Origin: Octopus sinensis
Lineage: Eukaryota
Length of the DNA stretch: 64,000 nt
Reading direction: 5' to 3'
NCBI RefSeq assembly: GCF_006345805.1
Contig: NC_043006.1
Coordinates: forward strand, 88,784,001-88,848,000
Shown here piece by piece: positions 1-12,849 of this stretch. Made by a program: the position numbers and the translations under genes. How positions within the stretch are numbered: the stretch's first letter is position 1; each line of letters opens with the position of its first letter. The notes beneath the pieces were generated by a model, which was given only the letters and a program-made list of their open reading frames with translations, ran no database searches and was not told the DNA's origin.

Positions 1-123
1 TAGCGATGGGACTTAAAGTGAAAACAATAGCGTCTGAAAATGACAGTGAAAACAATAGAGAGTGAGTGAGATATAGAGAGAGCAGCAGAGAGAGAAAGAG
101 ACCTAGCTAGTTAAACAAATAAG

Positions 124-129
124 ATAGAT

Positions 130-189
<60 letters not shown>

Positions 190-190
190 G
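124..190. repeat. (TAGA)n microsatellite
   Basis: Perfect tetranucleotide run seen directly. Confidence 0.95.
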
Positions 191-356
191 ATACAGACAA
201 CTAGATACTGAGAAATAGATAGATATAGAGATGAATAGAGAGATATAAATAGAGAGAGAGAGAGAGAGTTGGACAAAGAAATTTAGATAGAGAGGTATGG
301 ACCTCACTAACGCTAGAAAATCGGAAGTAAATATTAAATTATGTGAAAAATTTTAA

Positions 357-650
357 GAGTCAAAAACCATCCCTGGAACATAAGTAATGTATGTTCCCAG
401 TTTGGAGAAAATCCGTTGAAAAATACGGCTGTTATAATCTGTTACACACACAGAGCACAATTTATATAATAGATGTGTGTGCATGTATGTATGTATGTAT
501 GTATGTATGTATGTATGAATGAATGAATGAATGTATGCATGTATGTATGTATGTATGTATGTATGTATGTATGTATGTATGTATGTATGTATGTATGTAT
601 GCCTGTATGTATGAATGTATGTATGTATGTATGTATGCATGTATGTATGC
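357..650. mobile_element. Probable non-autonomous Helitron/DINE-like fragment with an (ATGT)n tract
   Basis: Core ccatccctggaacataag...cagtttggagaaaatccgttga resembles 45089-45165 (ccatccttgggacataag...aagtttggtgaaaattggttga). Both lie next to an ATGT/CATA microsatellite. Confidence 0.4.
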
Positions 651-774
651 ATGTGCAAGTATGCGCGCGCGTGTGTGTATGTTCTCTTCGATTGTTAATT
701 ATTTAGATTCTTCTTCTGAATTCTAACAAAGGTACAAAGTCCCGTCGTTGGAATGTACAAAACGAAAGCGATGT

Positions 775-3255
775 CACATTTTAAGCCTGAGAATGCCCTG
801 CATAGTTTTACTGTTTCGCTTACATATTGTATTTGTAATGTTACGAGTCCGTTGGTTGGTTTCTTTTTCTGCAAATCCAAACTTGTCCAGACTGTCTGTT
901 TGGCATTTACTCATAAAACCAAGTCCCCCAATTATCATTAGTATAAATGTAAATTTTTAATCAGGATATATAAAGTGCAGGTTTTGAAGTAGTTGTTCAT
1001 AGTTATTCTCTTTCTCTTTGGTTTTCAAAGAGATATAAACATCAGCAGAACAGCTGGCATCTGCAATGGTACATACTTCTTCTTGTCTATCCCTGATAAC
1101 AATATCGAGCCTATTCTTGTTTACACTTGGCAGATGTTCTGATTGAAACATTCCACCAGTATTCATCGTCTTGATGTTTGTGTACATATTTGATAACTGG
1201 GGGATGCTCTAAGTTCTCTAGATATCTTCTAGGATAGTCTTTTTCCATATGGCATTGCATACTGTTTTTATGGCAACGTCGTATCGCATAGGGAAGTAGT
1301 ACTTTGATTATATTTTGGGGCAGCTGCAAATCACATGTGTGATGACTTTCCCAGAAATATGATATAATCTACATGTTTGATTGCATGCTGGAACTCCAGG
1401 TGTTTCGCTGTCTCTTTTGTTTATTAAGTATTCAGCAGCAATCTTGTATTCTTGGATTGCAAACTCGTAACCTTCGAAATGGTCACGAGTCCAAGACTCT
1501 TCACTTTATATCAATATTAGTGTCTACTCCAAGTCTGCGGGAAACATAGCCATAAATGATTATTTTTGTTTCTTTTATTTGTTTTGTTTCTTTCTGTTTC
1601 GTTTTTTGTATACGGAGCATTTCACATCTAAGTTTCCTTTCAGGTATTTTAGTCCGGCCACTTTGGGGTTGCATGGGGGATCATAAAGAAGAGAGTGCTT
1701 CCTGAGAAGCTCGCTGCCGACACGCACGTTATTGTTCTTTTCACTTTTTAACACTAAGTCAATGCACTTCTTTTTTCTACCGTTGTTTAGTCATTCGACG
1801 CCTGTCTACTCTGATTTCAAACCTCTACTTCCTTTATATCTTCTTAGGAAGAGCCACTCCATATCACTATTCCTGTGGATATTTTCAGTTGATGTCAGTA
1901 TCTTGCGGGTTTTAACGTCTATTAGGTGGATTTCTTTTACAAACCTGTCAAGCATTCCGAATGTTGGAACCAGCACTGATACAGCAAATGTATTATGGGA
2001 TATTTTCTTATTGTAAAAAGAGAGTTCTGACTGCCACATTTTCCAAGGTCTGGCATAATATTCTCAGGTCACTCAATTTTTACTCACGCTACATTTGTAT
2101 GATATTTTCATCAAAGCCTATGTAATTTTAACATTCTTTGTGTTGGATAGGAGAGACAGAGGCCATTGATGCACAGGTTTTGGATCTGGGAGACTGATTT
2201 TCCAGGTTCAATAATCAAATATAATATTTTCTTTTGGTCAAATACTACTGTGTCAGCTGAAAATTTTGTTATTAACTCCAGTTGTGTTTTGGCATTGTTA
2301 ACATTTTTAGCTAAAAACTTTAAGTCAAATTATGGATTACATTATTATCTCTAGCAGTTGCAGACCCTAGCATATAGCCATTTCATTTTTGTAGCAGGAA
2401 TGATAATGGATTTAGTAACAAAATGAACAGAATTAAAGAAAGACACTTTCCTTAAAATATTCCCTTATGAAATTTAGAAACGATCGTTTCGCCCTTTGTT
2501 CTAAGTGTAAGAATTGTTTCTCAGGTCTTTGTGAGCCTCTCAATGGCAACAATTAAGATAGCAAGCACTTTTGCCAACTGGAGATGCTTCAGCAGCTATG
2601 AATGAAAATACAGTCAAATAAATACCTATGATCAAGTCATACTGTTGTAAGGCTCCTCCGATGTTTTTCTTTTGTTTTTACTTCAGACAGTACAGCTTTG
2701 TTTATTGAAAGTTGTTCGCACACCTGCACACACCTTTCTTTCCACCGGACTGCTCATCAATCACAATGTTTTTAAACTTACAATGACCCTGGGGGATTGA
2801 TTGAGACAGTCTGTGTACAGTTTGCATATAATGTTTAAGCAAGCTAAGGTCCTATATTTTTTAACCAACTCGGTGGTTGCATTCTTGGCAACAAGATTTG
2901 CCTGTGCTACAGCAAGCCAATTTGTTATGTCAATCTGACCTTCCGTAATACTTTTCAATATACTTATTAGTGGTTTCATATAAAATGTATGCCTCTTAAG
3001 CCAGTACCCAACTATTAGGTCCTTTCCAGGTGCCTTCCCATTATGTTGTTTGCCTACAGCTATGGTGAAGGTTCCCGGGTTAGTTGCAAATGTTTTATTG
3101 TTGATGTTGGTGCAGTATTCTCTCCTTACTGCATTTAGTCCCGATGCATTCAGGTTGAGATCCCTCTTTTCATTCCAGATTTTCAACCAGAACGATTCAA
3201 GATCTTCTTGGGTGGTGGATTTCCTAACGGTAATATTTTCCTTCTTCATCTCTCT
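775..3255 (-). mobile_element. Decayed RLE-type non-LTR retrotransposon (R4/Dong-like)
   Basis: Broken frames retain family motifs: RT N-terminus KAPGKDLIVGYWLK...YRTLACLN (2761-3249), post-RT DVKTRKILT...RGL (1806-2039), Cys/His knuckle THVICSCPK, RLE nuclease NRLDIVIRDR...KEKENNY (957-1187), and C-terminal YPD*KFTF...LDKFGF...ETVKLC. Many stops and frameshifts. Confidence 0.8.
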
Positions 3256-3282
3256 GTGTGATACCTATATATGTTTGTATGC

Positions 3283-3315
<33 letters not shown>

Positions 3316-3907
3316 TGTATGTATGTATGTATGTATGTATGTATGTATGTATGTATGTATGCATGCAGTCATGTATGTATGTATGCATGTATGTATGTAT
3401 GTATGTGTATGTAAAACCTGCAATTTCACGTGATTACTGGTCATTTCGCTCGTCTTCAGGTACTAATCACACAGAGAGTGATTATTGTGTTGTATAAGCG
3501 TTTATCATAATAATCCAATGACGTGCAGATGTCACTTTATATTGACCTCATTTGTCATTTCATCCACTGAAAGTCCTATGGCAATCGAAGAGTAAACTTA
3601 TGTGCTGATCTAACCGGCTGGAAGCGCAGAATAATTTGTAGCTTTCCTGTGTCACCTATACTTCACACCACGCAGATCTGCAGTGGGAACGAACAGCCAT
3701 ATGAGAGGTCATGGACGGAAAGCTAGAAATACCATTGACAACGAGAAAGCACAAGGAGACGACAATCACCTGTGAAGATGGAGTAGCCACCATGTATGTA
3801 TGTATGTATGTATGTATGTATGTATGTATGTATGTATGTATGTATGTATGTATGTACGTACGTGTGTATGTATGTATATTATTAATTAATCAATTAATTA
3901 ATTGATG

Positions 3908-4150
3908 TATTGGTGGGGAAATAGTTAAGAAGTTCGCTTTTCAACTTCGTAGTCACGAGTTCGATTCCCACTTCGTGTCATCTTTGGTGGACCTTATTTC
4001 CTACACCTTCGAATCTCCCTATAGGTTGTGGGTGAAATTGGATATACGAAAACTGTATGGAAGTGTATCGGATGTCTTGCACCGATTGTGCCTGAAAATG
4101 ACACTATGTTTACACGTCCCGTGGTTCACTCACACGCCTTTATGCCAATT
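3908..4150 (+). mobile_element. tRNA-derived SINE, decayed
   Basis: B-box-like gagttcgattccc at about 3957, followed by the same SINE body seen in other copies in the window. Confidence 0.6.
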
Positions 4151-4329
4151 CAATGGGCAGGCCAATTCGTCATGTAAATGCTATTTGCTAACAATAACCA
4201 CACTGTGTAACAAGATTCTTATTTTATTTTATTTTATGTCATGTTTGTCTTTGGTTAGTAAGTGTAGTTTCCTATTTTCTTCTATCTAGAAATTAAAGAA
4301 AATCACTACTAATCTCTTCAAACTTTGCT

Positions 4330-4570
4330 TTTGTTACATAGAGATCAATGTTTTGAAGCTGACCAATTTTCCATTACATTTCAGACAGATTCACCGCCGC
4401 TGATTTGCTAAAGCAAAAATATCGTTATAGCAAGTATTCTGCTCAATACCACAGATTTGCCTGTCATTTGCTTGACTTTAATCACCATGTCCTTTAGTGG
4501 CTGACAATATGCATATCTCTGATCACGACCAGGACCAGTGGGGAAGTATCAGCCATATGTTGATTTGGGT
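4330..4570 (-). mobile_element. SINE-like repeat fragment
   Basis: Non-coding segment resembling a common cephalopod SINE body (recognised from memory, not searched). Confidence 0.4.
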
Positions 4571-5027
4571 TTGAATAAATGTGACAAAAGCAAAGTTTGA
4601 AGGAAATATTAGCCATTTTTCATAATTTCTAGAGGTAAGCAACTAGGAAATAACAGTGGTTATACAGGACGAAAATCGTCTTACACACTGTTATTTATCT
4701 CGAAATGCAGACAGAAACTGAAGATTTCTTACTTACCCACAGGGAAAGGAAGATTTGTGGAGATAATGGTACAAGGCGAAAGATAAACTTTATGCTGAAT
4801 TAGGACAATGCAGTTTTATAACAACATAGTTATAAGAGAATGTAGTTTTGAGAAAGATAATATTTTATCTCACTGCAAGGTAAACATGCATGTTTTCTAA
4901 AAGCTCTCTTTTCTAATAATCCAATCTTATCGTCGCACAATGACTCTCTTAATAGTATGTGTGAAAGAGTAGTATACATATAAATATATAAGCATGAGTA
5001 CACACCTGTAAGTGTTTTGTGTATGTG

Positions 5028-5075
<48 letters not shown>

Positions 5076-5149
5076 CACATACATATATACGTACACACTT
5101 GTAAGTGTTTGTTCATGTCTATGTATGTATATGTTTGTATATATATGTA

Positions 5150-5220
<71 letters not shown>

Positions 5221-5808
5221 TTACATATGTGTATCTGCGTGTGTATGCGCGTTTATCACGTATAATAATTTATCTGTATTTGTATATTTCGTGTAACACA
5301 GTAGGAGGTGATCAAACCAAAATTAAATAATAGGAATTGCAACAGAATAAAAAGGAGGTGTCTCTATCACTCTCACTATCTTGTTATCACACACACACAC
5401 ACACACACACATACATACACACACACACACACACACGCACATATACATACACACAAACACACAAACATACGCACCCATATACACACTGACATAAATCAAT
5501 GTACGTATATGTGTGTGTGTGTGTGTGTGTTTGGGTGTGTATTCCGAACTTAAATTTTCTAATTTAATGGGTGAGTACGTTTCGAGTGTCTCTGATGTAA
5601 TGTAAAAGGTGGTCGTCCGGTATATGATATATACGTGACTCCAGTCCTGTAGGCGGTTCTATTCACTCTTTCTATGTGAAAATCTACTTCTGAAAGTTTG
5701 AAATTATGCTTTTAAATTTACAGTATTATATATACGTCTATATGTATATATGTGTATGTGTACGCGTATGTATATATGTACATATATATATTTTAATTAT
5801 ATATACAG

Positions 5809-5840
<32 letters not shown>

Positions 5841-5847
5841 ATATTAT

Positions 5848-5879
<32 letters not shown>

Positions 5880-6073
5880 ATTATATATAAAGGGTTTAGT
5901 AAAATAAATACTTTGCCGCATACTGAACTCATTAGAAATAGCAGCTAAAAAACTGTTTTAAGCTATTTCTAATACTTAAAGAAAATCTTCTCATATATAG
6001 TGTTTGCTTAATTCAACTCACAAAAGTTTGGGGGTAAGGACATCGAAATCAAAAATCAAATGCTAAGGTTATT

Positions 6074-6125
6074 CGAGAACGTACGTTTCCAGATTAGTCA
6101 AACCAACATTTCTATCATCGGCTCA
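6074..6125 (-). ncRNA. Type I hammerhead ribozyme-like motif, variant core CCGAUGA
   Basis: Stem I UGAG/CUCG; core CCGAUGA (U4C); stem II UAGA/UCUG; GAAAC-GUAC-GUU, with predicted cleavage after 6078. Confidence 0.55.
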
Positions 6126-6625
6126 GAAATTCCTTGGTTTGGATTTGGAAACACTGAAAATAAAACCATACCCTTTCGAAGATCTGCTTCCAACTAACAG
6201 TGCCAACAAATTCAAATAAGCAAGCGAAGAATCTCTGTTCTCCCTTCTCCCTTTCCACCAGCGTGGGTTAAAATCATCAAACACTATGCTTATTTCGGTA
6301 AAATCCGAAGCATTAATCAGAGGGAGATTAATTATAATTCAACAATTGAGGGCAAAATTAATTAATTATTAATCAATTTCACCAAGTGTTCAGTATGCAA
6401 AGGGACCATTCAAGGCGAATTCAAATTATTACATTATATAAAAGGGCTTAGTAAAATAAATTACTTTGCCGCATACTGAACTCATTAGAAATAGCAGCTA
6501 AAAAACTTTTTTAAAGCTATTCTAATACTACTTAAAGAAAATCTCTCTCATATATAGTGTTTGCTTAATTCAACTCACAAAAGTTTGGGGGTAAGGACAT
6601 CGAAAAATCAAATGCTAAGGTTATT

Positions 6626-6677
6626 CGAGAACGTACGTTTCAAGATTAGTCAAAACAACATTTCTATCATCGGCTCA
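6626..6677 (-). ncRNA. Second copy of the variant hammerhead motif
   Basis: Same as 6074-6125 but with a U.U mismatch at the base of stem II; predicted cleavage after 6630. Confidence 0.45.
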
Positions 6678-6822
6678 GAAATTCCTTGGTTTGGAAGTAG
6701 GAGGGAGGGAAAGAGAGAGGAGAGAAGGAGAGTGAGGGAGCAGAGAGAAAGAGAGAAGAGAGAAAGAGAGTAAGAGAGAAGAGAGAAAGAGAGTAAGAGA
6801 GAAGAAGGAAAGAGAGTAGGGG

Positions 6823-6918
6823 TGAAGAGATGTAGGAGTGAAGAGATGTAGGAGTGAAGAGATGTAGGAGTGAAGAGATGTAGGAGTGAAGAGATGTAGG
6901 AGTGAAGAGAAGTAGGAG
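6823..6918. repeat. 16-bp minisatellite (gtgaagagatgtagga) x about 5.5
   Basis: Direct tandem repeat seen in sequence. Confidence 0.9.
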
Positions 6919-6997
6919 TCGGGAAGGAGGTTAGATGAAGAGGGGAGGAGAGTTGAACCCAAATGGCGTAAAAGCGTAAAATAGTGAAGACAGAAGA

Positions 6998-7030
<33 letters not shown>

Positions 7031-7290
7031 CTCTCCGAGGCATTTGAAAATAACCTCAATGTTATCAGTAGATCTATACATACGTCTAATTTTATGAGGA
7101 CAAGTATATAGTTCTGTATGTTATATTGAATTAGATGATCGCACTGAAGAGTCCACGGACGATGTTACGTATGTATTATACGTATGTATTACAATTTTTC
7201 TGAATTTTCAGATTTTTGTATATGCTAGGCTACTGATTTTAAATTGATGTTAATTAAATTAATATTCAATTTATCACCCTCATTATTTAA

Positions 7291-7349
<59 letters not shown>

Positions 7350-7404
7350 ATACATACATATATATATAATATAATATAAATAATATAATATAATATAATA
7401 CATA

Positions 7405-7909
7405 TCTATATATATAAAACTCTAGTTGTGTGAGTGTCTGTCCCCTTCGATTTAGATTCCTAACTCCTCCCACATTTTGCGGTGCAGTTTAACCAAATTC
7501 GGATATCTTATAGTCGTGATTCATATCGAGCCCGTCTGACTATTAGCGCGCGTCAACGATGAGTCTACGATTTTAAAAATAATTTAACATCATTTTTTAT
7601 TCCATTTTATGCATAAAATGCATCGTGTGTCGATGGCGGCGGAGTTGGCGTCCACGCTCACAGCTGCACCTGTTTGCTTCTCCCCCTTCCCTCCCTCGTG
7701 AAGCTGTGGGGAAGGGAGTGTAAAGAAATCAACGTCGTAATGCGTTGTGAAGGAAACCAGCGTTCTTTTAGAACAACGACTTCATGGCTTGAAGACACCA
7801 AAACAAAAATGGCTAAGAAAGGCCGAATTTATAAGGGAAGTAACTCTCTAAAAATGCTTATATAGTTATTTCCCTTACAAACCCGAGCAACGCCGGGCGA
7901 TACTGCTAG
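7405..7909 (+). mobile_element. Non-autonomous Helitron (long variant with internal module)
   Basis: A|TC 5' end, subterminal GC-rich hairpin cccgagcaacgccggg, CTAG|T 3' end, no TSD. Homologous to three other copies. Confidence 0.8.
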
Positions 7910-7962
<53 letters not shown>

Positions 7963-7968
<6 letters not shown>

Positions 7969-9898
7969 TTCGAAACATGCCTGACTCCTCTAGCGACAGC
8001 TGATGACGGGGGTTTTGTCCTTGTGTAACCTGTCCTGTATTTGGTTTTCGTTTTCCGTTTTCTTGTTTTTTGTTTTTTGGCTTTTTCTGCTTCTACGTCT
8101 TATTGTGATGTCCTGTACTTCCGTATAATTATTTATATATGCATGTATATATACATGTAGATGTAGGTACGTACATATATGTTTGTATGTATGCATATAT
8201 TTTTATTTATCTCCTTATTGTCTGACAGCGCCCCGCATCAGGTTCGTTCCGATTCGTCGTTTCGATCCACTTCTTGGTCCCCTTTTTTTATATTAATATT
8301 ATTATATTGAAGATGCGGTACTCTCTCCCTTTGCTTTAACCTCTTCAATCTTTCTCCCTCCCCCTCCTCCTCTCTCTTCGCCGCGTGTCCCCCTCCTCCT
8401 TCCCTCTTCCTTGCCTATAAAACAAAATTCCTTTACACGTGGTTACCACTATTGAAAAGACTGCCTCCACGCGCTGCTACTACACTTTCGTCCTTGCCAG
8501 CAAAAAGGCTTCTTCGTTCGTCCCCTTGTGTGGTTAATTTCCTGTATAGTATTCTTGTTATTTTCTCGTTTTGTAACTAATTGTACTTTTTGTACATGTA
8601 TTTTTATTTTTGCAGTTTTATTGTTTGTCTATGCCAGAAAAAAGGCTTTTTCGTTCGTCCTCTTGTGTTTGTTTTTGTACATGTATTTTAATTTTGCAGT
8701 CTTATTGTTACGTCTTGTTTGTGTTCGTACTCATTGTGCCCCGCTGCTTGAAATTTTATTTTAATTCTCTCGCAGGAAGGCCTATTGGATTAGTGTTCTG
8801 TTATGCCTTCGAAACATGCCTGACTCCTCTAGCGACAGCTGATGACGGGGGTTTTGTCCTTGTGTAACCTGTCCTGTATTTGGTTTTCGTTTTCCGTTTT
8901 CTTGTTTTTTGTTTTTTGGCTTTTTCTGTTTCTACGTCTTATTGTGATGTCCTGTACTTCCGTATAATTATTTATATATGCATGTATATATACATGTAGA
9001 TGTAGGTACGTACATATGTTTGTATGTATGCATATTTTTTATTTATCTCCTTATTGTCTGACAGCGCCCCGCATCAGGTTCGTTCCGATTCGTCGTTTCG
9101 ATCCACTTCTTGGTCCCCTTTTTTTATATTAATATTATTATATTGAAGATGCGGTACTCTCTCCCTTTGCTTTAACCTCTTCAATCTTTCTCCCTCCCCC
9201 TCCTCCTCTCTCTTCGCCGCGTGTCCCCCTCCTCCTTCCCTCCTCCTTCCCTCTTCCTTGCCTATAAAACAAAATTCCTTTACACGTGGTTACCACTATT
9301 GAAAAGACTGCCTCCACGCGCTGCTACTACACTTTCGTCCTTGCCAGCAAAAAGGCTTCTTCGTTCGTCCCCTTGTGTGGTTAATTTCCTGTATAGTATT
9401 CTTGTTATTTTCTCGTTTTGTAACTAATTGTACTTTTTGTACATGTATTTTTATTTTTGCAGTTTTATTGTTTGTCTATGCCAGAAAAAAGGCTTTTTCG
9501 TTCGTCCTCTTGTGTTTGTTTTTGTACATGTATTTTAATTTTGCAGTCTTATTGTTACGTCTTGTTTGTGTTCGTACTCATTGTGCCCCGCTGCTTGAAA
9601 TTTTATTTTAATTCTCTCGCAGGAAGGCCTATTGGATTAGTGTTCTGTTATGCCTTCGAAACATGCCTGACTCCTCTAGCGACAGCTGATGACGGGGGTT
9701 TTGTCCTTGTGTAACCTGTCCTGTATTTGGTTTTCGTTTTCCGTTTTCTTGTTTTTTGTTTTTTGGCTTTTTCTGTTTCTACGTCTTATTGTGATGTCCT
9801 GTACTTCCGTATAATTATTTATATATGCATGTATATATACATGTAGATGTAGGTACGTACATATATGTTTGTATGTATGCATATATTTTTATTTATCT

Positions 9899-9900
<2 letters not shown>
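7963..9900 (+). mobile_element. Tandem non-coding element, 839/847-bp unit x 2.3, flanked by (TA)n; PLE-pLTR/retrozyme-like
   Basis: Units start at 7963, 8802 and 9649 and are nearly identical. The first about 250 bp is present three times. Degenerate HHR-like parts lie at the junction (gaaggc/gccttc-GAAAC; CTGATGA). Confidence 0.8.
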
Positions 9901-9980
<80 letters not shown>

Positions 9981-9982
<2 letters not shown>

Positions 9983-10371
9983 TATATAAAAGTGAAGTTG
10001 TGTGAGTGTCTGTCTCCTACGATTTAGATTCCTAACTACTCCCACATTTTGCGGTGCAGTTTAACCAAATTCGGGTATGTTATAGTCGTGATTCATATCG
10101 AGCCCGTCTGGGTATTCGTGCGCGTCTACGATGAGTCTACGATTTTAAAAATAATTTAACATCATTTTTTCCATTTTAACGCATATTTTTTTTTATAAAG
10201 GGAAGTAACTCTCTAAAAATGTCTACGATGAGTCAACGATTTAAAAAAAACTTACCATAATTTTTTTTCCATTTTTAATGCATTTTTTTGCTATTTTTTG
10301 GCTCTAACTTTCTAAAAATGCTTATATAGTTATTTCCCTTACAAACCCGAGCAACGCCGGGCGATACTGCT

Positions 10372-10373
<2 letters not shown>
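9981..10373 (+). mobile_element. Non-autonomous Helitron (short variant)
   Basis: Same 5' arm and 3' hairpin as 7405-7909; ends CTTG|T. Confidence 0.75.
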
Positions 10374-10414
<41 letters not shown>

Positions 10415-10499
10415 AATGTATATATATACATATGTATATTCTTTTACTCTTACTTGTTTCAGGCATTTGACTGTGTCCATGCAGGAGCACCGCATTTAC

Positions 10500-11798
10500 T
10501 CGAGCAAATCGACCTTGGTGGAGGTGGTGGTGGTGGTGGTCATGGTGTTAGTTGTAGTGGTGCTGGTGTTGGTCGTCGTGGTAATCGTGGTGGTGTTTGT
10601 GGCAGAGGTGTCCGTAGTAGTATATGACTGTGAAGCTGTCGTCTGGGTTCTTCCAATTTTTTCGTGTGTCGATGGCGGCGGAGTTGGCGTCCATGCTCAC
10701 ACCTGCACCTGTGTTGCTTCTCCCCCTTCTTCCCTCCCTCGTGAAGCTGTGGGGAAGGGAGTGTAAGGAAATCAACGTCGTAAAGCGTTGTCAAGGAGAC
10801 CAGCGTTCTTTTAGAACAACGACTTCATGGCTTGAAGACACCAAAACAGAAATGGCTAAGAAAGCCCGAAAGCAAATTCTACAAAATCGGGAAACACCCC
10901 ACACAGGGAAGGTTTCCCGTGCAAAGAATTTGCACAACCGAATGTTTTAGTTGTTGCACAACTTTTACTTAAAAAATATTATCCAAACACAAACTTTTGA
11001 AGGTAATATTGTATGGCGATGGTACTTGTGAAATATGGTAATGGATTTAGTAGCCAAAAGGAGAGAGCAGAGGCATATTATGGTGGTGGTGGAGGCGGTG
11101 GTAGTGGCAGCGGTGGTAGTGGCAGCGGTGGTGGCGGTGGTGCTGGTAGTGGTGATGATGGTGGTGGTGGTGGTGGTCGTCGTCGTCGTGGTCTTCGTGA
11201 TGGTGGTGGCGATGGTGGTCGTCGTGTTTGTGGTAGTGGTGGTTCGTCGTGTTTGTGGTGGTGGTGTTGTTGTTGTTGTTTGTGGTGGTGGTGGTGGGGG
11301 TAGTGATGATGGTGGTGGTGGTGGTGGTGGTGGTGATGATGGTGGTGGTGGTCGTGATCGTGGTGGTCTTCATGATGGTGGTGGCGATGGTGGTCGTCGT
11401 GTTTGTGGTGGTGGTGTTGTTGTTGTTGGTGGTGGTGGTGCTGGTCATGGTGGTAGTGGTGGTGGTGGTGGCTGAAGCTGTCGTCTGGGTTCTTCCAATT
11501 TTTTCGTGTGTCGGTGGCGGCGTTGGCGTTCATACTCGCATCTGCACCTGTGTAGCTCCTCCCCTTCTTCCCTCCCTCGTGAAGCAGCGGGGAAGGCAGG
11601 GTAGGGAAATCAACGTCGTAAAGCGTTGTCAAGGAGACCAGCGTTCTTTTAGCACTACGACTTCATGGCTTGAAGTCGCCAAAACAGAAATCGCTAAAAA
11701 AGCTGAAACAGATCCACAAAAACGGCAAAAACCGCCACACAGGGCAGGTTTCCTGTGCAAACAATTTGCACAACCGAATGTTTTAGTTGTTGCACAAA
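10500..11798. repeat. (GGT)n-rich low-complexity tracts, each followed by a diverged about 330-bp module (10629-10965, 11472-11798)
   Basis: gaagctgtcgtctgggttcttcc...tgcacaaccgaatgttttagttgttgcacaa occurs twice. The inner about 205 bp matches the Helitron internal module. Confidence 0.8.
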
Positions 11799-12193
11799 TC
11801 TTTATATATAAAAGTGAAGTTGTGTGTCTGTCTCCTACGATTTAGATTCCTAACTACTCCCACATTTTGCGGTGCAGTTTAACCAAAACCGGGTATCTTA
11901 TAGTTGTGATTCATATCGAGCCCTTCTGGGTATTAGCGCGCGTCTACGATGAATCTACGATTTTTTTTAATATTTACCATCATTTTTTCCATTTTAATGC
12001 ATTTTTTCGCTATTATATAAGGGAAGTAACTCTCTAAAAATGTCTACGATGAGTCAACGATTTAAAAACAAATTACCATCATTTTTTATTCAATTTTTAA
12101 TGCATTTTTTGCTATTTTTTTGCTATAACTCACTAAAAATGCTTATATAGTTATTTCCCTTACAAACCCGAGCAACGCTGGCGATACAGCTAG
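11799..12193 (+). mobile_element. Non-autonomous Helitron (short variant)
   Basis: Clean A|TC start at 11799, 3' hairpin and CTAG|T at 12190-12194. Confidence 0.85.
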
Positions 12194-12211
12194 TATATAT
12201 ATATATATTAT

Positions 12212-12312
<101 letters not shown>

Positions 12313-12339
12313 CGGATATGTACATACATCTATACGTAT

Positions 12340-12620
12340 ATATGTATATGTGGGCAGAGGACGTCATGAAACGTGTACAACAAAAAAGTACGAAGCACGA
12401 GTACATGGAACATGAACTATTCTTTCGAACAACGAAAGACACAAATGGTAAACGAAACAAACATAATGAACGACCCTTCATCAGTTGTTGGCTGTTTTTG
12501 TAGTCTCGTATTTCGAGTATTTAACAGCGATATACGTTTTCGATAAAACAGTTGCTCCCGCAAAGCAAATTAAATAAAATTTGGGATTTTTTGGAGGTTC
12601 AAAATAGATAACACAAACAG
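12340..12620 (-). mobile_element. Fragment related to the 847-bp family
   Basis: aaattttatttaattt...gcggga...ctcGAAA...CTGATGAaggg mirrors the junction of the 847-bp unit; ends at (TA)n. Confidence 0.5.
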
Positions 12621-12849
12621 GACGGTGAAAACAAACAGGAAAGGCTGCTGAGTATTTTACTCGACGTTCTAATGAGTCTGCCACCTCGCCGCCTTTATCA
12701 ATCACATACAAATAACCACCGTACTGTATTAGCTTACGTGGGTGATTACTTGTTTATTTGTCTGTTTTTGTGTTCTTTTATTTTGTTCGTCCGAGCAATG
12801 GTTATTAGTGCTGTTGTTATTTATGCACCTGGTCAGTCTAACTCGGTAG

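Larger units (their letters stand above)
5886..6694 (-). mobile_element. Partially tandem non-coding element (552-bp unit, about 1.5 copies) with HHR-like motifs; retrozyme-like
   Basis: 5886-6145 is repeated at 6437-6694 (offset 552). Each copy carries a minus-strand HHR-like motif. The 3' end runs into (TA)n and is homologous to the 3' end of the 37-39 kb array. Confidence 0.75.

Noticed and set aside
4737-4875. Possible minus-strand micro-exon (strong GTAAGT donor)
   Set aside because: The larger candidate has stops in all frames; the 58-nt version has no recognisable product, and such splice-like signals are expected by chance.
5890-5899. Telomere-like TAAACCCT near the 3' ends of HHR elements
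   Set aside because: A single unit that does not match tandem TTAGGG, and it is not conserved in the 57.6-kb homologue.
10409-11845. Long G/V/H/T-rich ORFs
   Set aside because: Produced by (GGT)n low-complexity DNA open in several frames on both strands; no domain or splice support.
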